A DNA stretch of 46,555 bases. Source: a bacterium. Lineage in GTDB: Bacteria; Patescibacteriota; Minisyncoccia; Phycocordibacterales; UBA2100. The stretch spans positions 1-46,555 of the forward strand of contig JAYPJF010000003.1 of assembly GCA_038128225.1 (NCBI GenBank), given 5' to 3'. Position numbers and translations under genes: made by a program. Below, one piece after another: positions 1-7,381 of the stretch. Position 1 is the stretch's first letter, and every line of letters starts with the position of its first letter. The notes beneath the pieces were generated by a model, which saw only the letters and a program-made list of their open reading frames with translations, was not told the origin of the DNA and searched no databases.

Positions 1-1035
1 GTCGGTATTGGTACCACCACTCCGTGGAGAAAAACTTCAGTTGCGGAAACTGCTTCAAACCCGCAATTCGTGATCGCCTATGACACTACGCGGTACGCTG
101 ACTTCCAGGTGGACTCTGTTGGAGACCTTATTATTAATCCGCAAGGCGCCGATGCGTATTTAAATGACGACAATATGTGGGTGTGTACGGGCGGCAGCTG
201 TCCTACCGGCACCCCTTCAGGAACAGGTAATTTGGTCGTGGAAACAGGACTTGCGGTGGGCACCTCAACGCCGAGCGGCAGTCTGGTTGCGCTTCAGGCC
301 GCTGACAACAGCACGTTCGTGCGACTTACTGCAGCTGGTAATGCGCGGTTCTCTATCGGCACCGATTCGAGTGGCAACGTGCTCCAGTACTCATCAAACA
401 GCAAAGATATCCGATTCGGAACTACGTCAGCACCGACACAATTGGTGATTAAGGGGGACTCGAACAAAATCGGTATTGGCACCACGACACCCGCTGAGCA
501 GCTTTCTATACAGGAGCGCCTCTTCGTTGGCGCCGGTGGTGTCTCCACACTCGGTCAAGCGACCTCAACTTTCATGGGCGACATAAAAATCCTCGGCAAA
601 CTCGACGTGTCGACGATTGACCCGGTCTATACTATCGATGGAACCAAGTACGCTACCTACGGCCACTCGACTATTGGAGTGAAAGAGGAAGTGACCGCGA
701 AGTTTGCCGTGAAAGAATACGATGAAAAACGACAGTTGTATAAACACACAGTGGTGTTCCCCGCACAAAAAGAAGGAAGCGATTTGTGGCTTTTCTACCA
801 AGTCACGGATTTCGGAGAAGACTGGGAGCACTTAGTGGTGAACCTTACCCCGGCATTTGATGGTCGGGTCTTCTACGAAGAAGACACGGCGACGGGCACA
901 ATGACAATCTATGCTGACAAGCCAGGGAATGTTTCGGCGCGCCTTGTTGCTGATCGCTACGATGCGGCTCAATGGCCAAATCTCCGCCCAGACCAGGACG
1001 ATCCTTACACGAGTCATACGGTGCCACGAAAGTAG
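1..1035 (+). CDS. C-terminal part of a large surface/fibre-like repeat protein (5'-truncated by window edge)
   Basis: Frame is open from base 1 (VGIGTTTPWRK...). Recurrent GIGTTTP/AVGTSTP beta-repeat motifs; C-terminal 'LDVSTIDPVYTIDG..YATY' domain; stop TAG 1033-1035. Confidence 0.7.
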   Translation, partial: VGIGTTTPWRKTSVAETASNPQFVIAYDTTRYADFQVDSVGDLIINPQGADAYLNDDNMWVCTGGSCPTGTPSGTGNLVVETGLAVGTSTPSGSLVALQAADNSTFVRLTAAGNARFSIGTDSSGNVLQYSSNSKDIRFGTTSAPTQLVIKGDSNKIGIGTTTPAEQLSIQERLFVGAGGVSTLGQATSTFMGDIKILGKLDVSTIDPVYTIDGTKYATYGHSTIGVKEEVTAKFAVKEYDEKRQLYKHTVVFPAQKEGSDLWLFYQVTDFGEDWEHLVVNLTPAFDGRVFYEEDTATGTMTIYADKPGNVSARLVADRYDAAQWPNLRPDQDDPYTSHTVPRK

Positions 1036-1056
1036 CCGCCGTGATACACTAGCTTT

Positions 1057-1653
1057 ATGAAGCGTGTTTTCGGGAAAAAATCTGTAACAGTGCTAGTTCT
1101 CGTCGTTGTATTGTTCGCAACAATCATTATCTACTCTGCTTCAGCATCAGCGGTGACGACCATCACTGAAACTTCCAGTGTTACTGGCAGTCTTTCGGTT
1201 CTCGGTGCGCTTTCCAAAGGGAGCGGTACTTTTGTGATCGATCATCCACTCGATCCCAAAAACAAACTCCTCTATCACTCATTTGTCGAGTCGCCTGATG
1301 TAAAAAATATCTATGACGGTGTCGCCACATTAGACAGCTCGGGTGTTGCGAGTATTGAACTCCCGCGTTACTTCTTTGCACTGAATAAAGATTTTCGTTA
1401 CCTAGTGACTCCGCTTACTAACCCGATGCCCAACCTCTATCTTAAAGATGACGTGCGCGCTGCATGGTTTGGGATGGGCAAGCCGGTTTTCAAGATTGCC
1501 GGAGGCACACCGGGCGGAGAGATTTCTTGGCAGATTACCGGCATACGGCATGACCCGTATATTCAAGCGTATCCGATGGCAAATGAGTTAGAAAAAGGCC
1601 CTGATGCTTTGGTCAATGCGGGTGAATGTCTTTTTAAGCCATTATGCAACTAA
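1057..1653 (+). CDS. Exported protein with 'SKGSGTFVIDHPLDP' C-terminal domain (paralogue 1)
   Basis: N-terminal hydrophobic signal ending ASA; domain IDHPLDPKNKLLYHSFVESPD...SWQITGIRHDPY; TGnTACACT 6 nt before ATG. Confidence 0.75.
   Translation: MKRVFGKKSVTVLVLVVVLFATIIIYSASASAVTTITETSSVTGSLSVLGALSKGSGTFVIDHPLDPKNKLLYHSFVESPDVKNIYDGVATLDSSGVASIELPRYFFALNKDFRYLVTPLTNPMPNLYLKDDVRAAWFGMGKPVFKIAGGTPGGEISWQITGIRHDPYIQAYPMANELEKGPDALVNAGECLFKPLCN
1211..1320 (+). repeat. 110-bp perfect direct repeat, copy 1
   Basis: tttccaaagggagcggt...ctatgacggt is identical to 1771-1880; flanks differ. Confidence 0.95.
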
Positions 1654-2195
1654 CGCGATACAGCCTCCTCGCTTTTTTGATTCTTGTGGTGATCGTTCCT
1701 GCACTTGCGGTTGCCGTGGTGCTTTCAGGAAATGTACAGATGCAACAGACGCTTTCGATCACGGGTTCTATTTCCAAAGGGAGCGGTACTTTTGTGATCG
1801 ATCATCCACTCGATCCCAAAAACAAACTCCTCTATCACTCATTTGTCGAGTCGCCTGATGTAAAAAATATCTATGACGGTATAGCGCGGCTTGATACAAA
1901 TGGCGAAGTCTCTGTTACGCTCCCTGAGTACTTTAAGGCGCTCAACAAGGAATATCGATACCAATTATTTGCTCTCTACGAACCAATGCCTGACTTGTAT
2001 GTTAAAAAAGAAGTGGAACAAAATGTCTTCATTATCGGCGGAGGGGAGCCCAATGGAATGGTGAGCTGGCAAGTAACCGGAATCCGTAATGATCCGTATA
2101 TCCAAGCGAACCCGATTGTCGTTGAGGTACCAAAAGGCCCGGGAGAATTAGTGAGAAAGGGACAGTACCTTATTCCTGAAGCATACGAAAATTAA
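1644..2195 (+). CDS. Membrane-anchored/exported 'DHPLDP' domain protein (paralogue 2)
   Basis: N-terminal TM segment followed by the same domain as 1057..1653; overlaps the upstream stop by 10 nt. Confidence 0.75.
   Translation: MQLTRYSLLAFLILVVIVPALAVAVVLSGNVQMQQTLSITGSISKGSGTFVIDHPLDPKNKLLYHSFVESPDVKNIYDGIARLDTNGEVSVTLPEYFKALNKEYRYQLFALYEPMPDLYVKKEVEQNVFIIGGGEPNGMVSWQVTGIRNDPYIQANPIVVEVPKGPGELVRKGQYLIPEAYEN
1771..1880 (+). repeat. 110-bp perfect direct repeat, copy 2
   Basis: Identical to 1211-1320 (offset 560 bp). Confidence 0.95.
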
Positions 2196-3541
2196 GGTGT
2201 TGTGACGTAGGCGCCGAACTCGATGAATGTTTTAAGAAGCGTAGGCGGCGCTTGTTCGAGAGTTGCGCTCATATCGTGCGTCTCGCGCGGGTCTTTCGCA
2301 GTATTGTATAACCCAATACCGTCAGGGTCGCTCGTTTTAACTTGCGGCGCGTACGGATTGCTGACACCATTCGAATAAAATAACTTCCAGTCCCCAGACT
2401 TAACCCCATACGAATCTGGTTCAATGAGAGCTCGTGGTGAGCCCGAAGCGCCAAGTTCATCGAGCGTTGTTTGGAAACGCCCTCCTTTTCCAATTTCTGC
2501 TGCGTAATACGGCATGCCATTTACAAAATATAGCGGACCATCTGATTTATTAAATATATGAGCACCAACAAATTGCTCTGGAATTTCAATTCCGGCTAGG
2601 GCAGCGAGTGTTGGGGCAATATCAATTAAAGACACCGGTGTTGCACTCGTCTCAGGGGCCATCCCTGGGACAAAAACGAAGAGAGGTACATGCACCTCTT
2701 CTTCATGCAGTGTAAGTGCGTGGCCAAGAAGTCCGTGTTCACCGAAGGCTTCGCCGTGGTCTGAGGTTACCACGATGATGGTGCGCGTGAGGTCATCCGT
2801 AGTTAGCGAATCGAGTATGTGCGCGATGCGTTCATCCATTTGCGCTATGCCTTGATCGTATCTGAGTTTGAAGATTTCAGTAGTAGTTGCATCGTACGCA
2901 CTATTGGCTTTTTGGATATCGCTCATGGTTACGATGGGAAATTCATTTGTCTTTCCAAAATATTCGTCATAAGGGCTCTGTGGTTTGTATGGGTCATGCA
3001 CATTGAAATCATGAACGAACAAGAAATAGGGCCTTGTTTGTGTCCGCAATTCTTTAATAGCGGAGATCGCTAAATCCATGGGCGATTCAGCGCGTGTTAA
3101 TTCGCCATCACTGAATGGTCGGTAGATGGCATCAAGAATGAAAAGCAGCTCATCATCCACCAAGGCGCGAATGACGTATCCACTGCTGCGCAAAAGGCCG
3201 ATTAATTCTGGGCGATCAACACCCTCAAGGTCTTTGTAGGTGATGGCGTGCGGATACTCTGAAAACAGTGTTGAAGAAATTGATGGCAGCGTCCATGGCG
3301 CCGTTGCGTATGCGTTAGTAAAAAGTGCGCCGTGCTCTTTAAAAAATGCGGTTGTTTTTGGCATTGTGTCGCGCGTGCCACCGAACGCTTTGATGTGGGA
3401 AGCACCAAGCGTGTCCACAACTATGAAAAGCACATTGCAATTACTGCATAAAGAGGGGAGTTCAGTTTTCGAGCCTTGCAGTGCAATAAATCCAGCCAGG
3501 AGGGCTAACAGGGAGATACCGAGTAAAATCATGCTACGCAT
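2192..3541 (-). CDS. Sulfatase-like / alkaline-phosphatase-superfamily hydrolase or transferase, N-terminal membrane anchor
   Basis: NVLFIVVDTL, APWTLPS (Thr at nucleophile position), HDPY, TSDHGE, HVPL, SLIDIAPT, LYN..DPRE motifs. Confidence 0.85.
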   Translation of the reverse strand: MRSMILLGISLLALLAGFIALQGSKTELPSLCSNCNVLFIVVDTLGASHIKAFGGTRDTMPKTTAFFKEHGALFTNAYATAPWTLPSISSTLFSEYPHAITYKDLEGVDRPELIGLLRSSGYVIRALVDDELLFILDAIYRPFSDGELTRAESPMDLAISAIKELRTQTRPYFLFVHDFNVHDPYKPQSPYDEYFGKTNEFPIVTMSDIQKANSAYDATTTEIFKLRYDQGIAQMDERIAHILDSLTTDDLTRTIIVVTSDHGEAFGEHGLLGHALTLHEEEVHVPLFVFVPGMAPETSATPVSLIDIAPTLAALAGIEIPEQFVGAHIFNKSDGPLYFVNGMPYYAAEIGKGGRFQTTLDELGASGSPRALIEPDSYGVKSGDWKLFYSNGVSNPYAPQVKTSDPDGIGLYNTAKDPRETHDMSATLEQAPPTLLKTFIEFGAYVTTP

Positions 3542-3623
3542 CGTGGTTACTGTACCATTTAAAACGCTTAGACACAGGTGGAACTTTTTTAGAAGCTCTG
3601 TATCATATGCACAACAGTATGGT

Positions 3624-4454
3624 ATGGCTATCGTGAGGAGACAGTATTTAAAGCTTGTGGTGTGGGCCGCGGCTCTGGTGAGCTTTGTCGCATTTTTCTC
3701 TAGAACTCAAGCTATTACCGATCAGGAGTGGCAGGCGTACATCGTAACTAACAAAGATGAGATGAAAGATTCGAGACTCGCTTCGTATCGTCAGTCCACG
3801 TACTATCGTCAAAGCACGTACTATCGTCAAAGCACGTACTATCGTCAAAGCACGTACTACAGTCAAGGCACGTACTACAGTCAAAGCTACTATCAATCTT
3901 CATACCAAACGACGTTTACTGATGCAGTGAGCGTACAGGGGAATCTTAGTGTTACAGGAAGCATCTCCAAAGGGTCGGGTTCGTTTGTGATCGATCACCC
4001 CTTAGATCCAAAAAACAAACTCCTCTACCACTCGTTTGTTGAGTCGCCTGATGTGAAAAATATATACGATGGCATTACTACGCTTGACGCTAAAGGCGAG
4101 ACAGAGGTCAAACTCCCCTCGTATTTTGCGGCGTTGAATAAAGATGCGAGATACCAAGTGCGCGGTGTCGGCGTGTCGCAACCGAACTTGCATGTGGCGC
4201 GCGGTGTTGAAAACAACCGTTTTGTTATTGCAGGTGGAGTCCCCCACGCGAAAGTGTCCTGGCAAGTGACGGGGATACGGCATGATCCATATATTCTCAA
4301 AAATCCGATTGTTGTTGAAAAGGAAAAGAGTGATGGCGAACCTGTGGCGCAAGGCAGTTTTCTTTTCCCCCAGTATCCTTCTACACGATACCCGCTCCCC
4401 TCAGACACGATTCTGGCATGGGTGAAGAATCTTTTTACAATTGAAAAAAAATAG
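3624..4454 (+). CDS. Exported 'DHPLDP' domain protein with YYRQST hexapeptide repeats (paralogue 3)
   Basis: Start re-assigned to ATG 3624 (MAIVRRQ..., signal peptide ending TQA) because the 3240 start overlaps the sulfatase gene; Tyr/Ser/Thr/Gln repeats precede the DHPLDP domain. Confidence 0.75.
   Translation: MAIVRRQYLKLVVWAAALVSFVAFFSRTQAITDQEWQAYIVTNKDEMKDSRLASYRQSTYYRQSTYYRQSTYYRQSTYYSQGTYYSQSYYQSSYQTTFTDAVSVQGNLSVTGSISKGSGSFVIDHPLDPKNKLLYHSFVESPDVKNIYDGITTLDAKGETEVKLPSYFAALNKDARYQVRGVGVSQPNLHVARGVENNRFVIAGGVPHAKVSWQVTGIRHDPYILKNPIVVEKEKSDGEPVAQGSFLFPQYPSTRYPLPSDTILAWVKNLFTIEKK
3786..3893 (+). repeat. 18-bp in-frame tandem repeat, about 6 units
   Basis: tatcgtcaaagcacgtac x3 exact (3804-3857) plus degenerate flanking units; encodes (YRQSTY)4-YSQGTY-YSQSYY. 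Confidence 0.95.
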
Positions 4455-4468
4455 GGCACTGTGTAGGC

Positions 4469-5674
4469 ATGATAGTCTTTCGCGAGCAGATCGCATGGGT
4501 GCTTGGTGCATTCATTTTGGTTGCGATGATCGCATCGGTATGGTGGTTCGGCTTTGGATTTGGACCTCGATACAGTGAGGCGGAAACGATCGCGAAGGGC
4601 GTGCGGACATTTGATGAATTGTCGGAGAGGTTTCGCGTTTTGGCACAGGACAAAGGTGCTCGCTATGCGTTTGAGGTACTCGGGAGTGCGCCACTTCCAC
4701 CGAATACGGATATTCATCTTTTGGGACATGTAGTAGGCGATGAGCTCTACGCACAAGAAGGAGTGGGCGGTATTGCCTTCTGTACACAAGATTTTCGCAA
4801 CGCATGCTCGCACTCGATTGTGATTGGTGCACTTGGGGAATTTGGAGAAACTGCACTCCCCTCTATTCGAGAGGCGTGTGTCCGCGCTCCTGGCGGCCCC
4901 GGCGCGTATACGATGTGTTATCACGGTTTAGGACACGGTGTTTTTGCATATTTTAGCTATTCAATGCCGGAAACAGTCGCGTTTTGTGAAAAGACAGGAA
5001 CCGATGCCTATAACAATCGCGAGGCTATCGAGTGCATAGGCGGCATGATTATGGAGTTGATGGGTGGCGGTGGGCACGATCGGGACGCGTGGCAAAAAGC
5101 GCGCGAACGATACCTCGCCTCCTCAGACCCACTTCGCGTGTGTATGGACGACGCAATCCCATATGAAGCAAAGAGCACCTGTCTTGCTTACCTCACACCT
5201 TTCTTGTGGGAGCGCGCAGGTATTGATATCGGAAATCCTAATCCGGAAACTTTCCCTGCGGCATTCAAGTTTTGCGACCAGGTGCCTGCACGCGAACCCG
5301 AACTTCGCGCCGCGTGTTTCGGCGGCTTTGGAAAAGAATTTGTGCCACTGGTTGGTGCTCGTGATGTGCGCGCGCTTAGCTCCTACGCTGATGAACAATT
5401 TAAGACCATATATACCTGGTGTTCGTCTGCGGGGCACACTGAAGGGATTGCCGCCTGTATCACTGACGCTCTCGCATCTTTTTTCTGGGGAGGGGAAAAT
5501 GATCCTGCTGTTTCGTTCGGGTTTTGTAGCACGGTCGCGCAGCAGGATGAGCATGGTGGCGATTCATGTTTTGCCGCGCTCGCGGACAACATCGTGTCAT
5601 ACATTACTGGGGATGCACAGCGAGATTTATGTGCTCGGTTGCCTGAAAAATATCAAGCTATATGCACACAGTAG
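4469..5674 (+). CDS. Membrane-anchored His/Cys-rich helical protein (paralogue A)
   Basis: N-terminal TM; HLLGH, ACSH, CYHGLGHG, CIGGMIME; many paired Cys. Confidence 0.75.
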   Translation: MIVFREQIAWVLGAFILVAMIASVWWFGFGFGPRYSEAETIAKGVRTFDELSERFRVLAQDKGARYAFEVLGSAPLPPNTDIHLLGHVVGDELYAQEGVGGIAFCTQDFRNACSHSIVIGALGEFGETALPSIREACVRAPGGPGAYTMCYHGLGHGVFAYFSYSMPETVAFCEKTGTDAYNNREAIECIGGMIMELMGGGGHDRDAWQKARERYLASSDPLRVCMDDAIPYEAKSTCLAYLTPFLWERAGIDIGNPNPETFPAAFKFCDQVPAREPELRAACFGGFGKEFVPLVGARDVRALSSYADEQFKTIYTWCSSAGHTEGIAACITDALASFFWGGENDPAVSFGFCSTVAQQDEHGGDSCFAALADNIVSYITGDAQRDLCARLPEKYQAICTQ

Positions 5675-6552
5675 TTTTCTTGCTCACGCTCATTTTTCCT
5701 GGGGTACTTTTTGCGGTTGAATCTGCAGTGCCTGATTGGGAGATGCTCATCGAACAACAAGGGGCAGAAAAGGCGTATGTACAATTAGGCATTTTCACCG
5801 CTCACGATGATACCAACGAGCAACATGATGAAGCGCACCGTTTTGGAGGCGCTCTGTATACGCGCGCTGGGTTAGAGGGCTTCTCCGTGTGTGACGAACA
5901 GTTTTCGTACGGATGTTTTCACGAGTTTATTGGTCGTGCGATTGCCCAGCACGGACCGTCGGTTGTCGCTTCTCTTAATGAAAGATGTCTTCAAACGCCA
6001 GACTTTTTAAAATGTCAGCACGGGGTTGGACACGGGCTCATCTCTTGGGCAGGCTATGAGGAAAAAAATCTCATGCAGGCGCTTGAGCAGTGCGCGACAC
6101 TCGAACGTTCTGATCCGATCGGCGGCTGTCCGGGCGGCGTGTTTATGGAATACGATTTACGCACCATGCTTGGCGCGGAAGGAGAAGTCAGGCCCGGATC
6201 TCGGGGCGATCTTGCCGATGTGTGCGCCCGGGTGCCAAACGCATTCAAAAACGCGTGCGCATACTGGAGGCCGCAATGGTGGCACGAGTTATTTTTTGAC
6301 GGTAGCCGCACGCCCGCCACATATCGTACGCTGGGGTCACTATGTGATGCATTTGAAAAAGAAAGGGGTAACTATCGTGCCTGTATTGAAGGGTTTGTGA
6401 CGACATTCCCGCACTTCATGAGCGACCCGCGCACCGACACACCATTATGTTCCGTTATACCAAGATCATCGGGTGGGCGTACGGCATGTGTTACTCAGAT
6501 ATTTCGTAATTCTACTGCAGGATCGCAGTGTCGCTTGGCGAACTCAGAATAG
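5662..6552 (+). CDS. Exported His/Cys-rich helical protein (paralogue B)
   Basis: Signal peptide; HDEAH, GCFH, CQHGVGHG, CPGGVFME. Confidence 0.75.
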   Translation: MHTVVFLLTLIFPGVLFAVESAVPDWEMLIEQQGAEKAYVQLGIFTAHDDTNEQHDEAHRFGGALYTRAGLEGFSVCDEQFSYGCFHEFIGRAIAQHGPSVVASLNERCLQTPDFLKCQHGVGHGLISWAGYEEKNLMQALEQCATLERSDPIGGCPGGVFMEYDLRTMLGAEGEVRPGSRGDLADVCARVPNAFKNACAYWRPQWWHELFFDGSRTPATYRTLGSLCDAFEKERGNYRACIEGFVTTFPHFMSDPRTDTPLCSVIPRSSGGRTACVTQIFRNSTAGSQCRLANSE

Positions 6553-6976
6553 TCATTCGTACTATTTCAATAACACCGTCAGCGTTGTAGATAATAGTTG
6601 CGAGAACGCGGTCACCAGGGGTTACCGCATCAAGCGTAATTCCTGTTTTGTTTGAAAAGCCCACGAGCGTATTTCCTTCGATTCGTGGCGTCAGTTTAAA
6701 GATGTGAACTTGAGAACCAATATGTGCACGAAGATACTGGGGTGTGATTAGCTTAACGTCTTGGGCAAAAATCTCCAGCACCATTGTTCTTTGGTCTAGG
6801 TCTGTACTTACTACCGTCGCCTCACGATGTACGGGACCGTGATCAGTGAGTGCTTCGCTAAGCTCCGATAGTTGCGTGTATTGTTTACTGAATACCACAA
6901 GCACGAACCCGAATGTTGTGGTCAGTATCGCGATGTATACAAGAGCTATGAGGTATGCACGGCTAGGCGGGATCAT
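6512..6976 (-). CDS. Membrane-anchored hypothetical protein, OB-fold-like beta domain
   Basis: TM segment then ATVVSTD...MVLE...VTPGDRVLA. Start ATG 6976 chosen because it overlaps the upstream stop (alternative 7009). Confidence 0.55.
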   Translation of the reverse strand: MIPPSRAYLIALVYIAILTTTFGFVLVVFSKQYTQLSELSEALTDHGPVHREATVVSTDLDQRTMVLEIFAQDVKLITPQYLRAHIGSQVHIFKLTPRIEGNTLVGFSNKTGITLDAVTPGDRVLATIIYNADGVIEIVRMTILSSPSDTAILQ

Positions 6977-7358
6977 AAAAAGAAATATTTTTTGCTTTAA
7001 GACCTCCATGCGCCGTTAATATAGAGTCAACTTCGATGATTACACCAGGTGGTATGGCATAGGGAGGTTTGATGTCTAAGGATTGTGAGTTGGTGCGAAC
7101 TCCATTGTCTGCATTGGCATATCGAAGAACAAACCACTGAGTGGATTGATCGGTTTCTATACGCACACGCGTTGTTTTTTGCATAGAGTGTGCTGTTTCA
7201 AGTACGATTAAATTTCCGGTGTGCGAGACAACAGCTCCTGTGTAGCGGGGAATTCGTGGAGACTCAGAAGCTGCGAGATGTGTTGGAAGTGCGTACCAGC
7301 CATGACCAAGTAATAGTCCCGCGATCGTTCCTAAGACACCTACGTACACGCCAATCAT
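6963..7358 (-). CDS. Membrane-anchored hypothetical protein, OB-fold-like beta domain
   Basis: TM segment then GAVVSHTGNLIVLE...PGVIIEV. Start ATG 7358 lies 6 nt after a minus-strand TACAAT. Confidence 0.55.
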   Translation of the reverse strand: MIGVYVGVLGTIAGLLLGHGWYALPTHLAASESPRIPRYTGAVVSHTGNLIVLETAHSMQKTTRVRIETDQSTQWFVLRYANADNGVRTNSQSLDIKPPYAIPPGVIIEVDSILTAHGGLKAKNISFYDPA

Positions 7359-7364
7359 GAGCAT

Positions 7365-7374
7365 ATTGTACACT
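7365..7374. promoter_or_regulatory. Overlapping back-to-back -10 boxes (candidate bidirectional leaderless promoter)
   Basis: ATTGTACACT gives TACAAT on minus (7365-7370, 6 nt before ATG 7358) and TACACT on plus (7369-7374, 7 nt before ATG 7382). Confidence 0.55.
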
Positions 7375-7381
7375 AGCCTAT

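Noticed and set aside
1211-1880. DGR template/variable repeat pair
   Set aside because: Copies are identical with no adenine-specific mismatches, both are coding, and no reverse transcriptase is in the window.
3240-3623. Long N-terminal extension of the 404-aa ORF
   Set aside because: Antisense overlap with the sulfatase-like gene; the signal peptide begins at ATG 3624.
3786-3893. Possible CRISPR or iteron repeats
   Set aside because: 18-bp head-to-tail coding repeat without spacers.
4025-4924. 299-aa minus-strand ORF
   Set aside because: Spans two well-supported plus-strand genes; no motifs.
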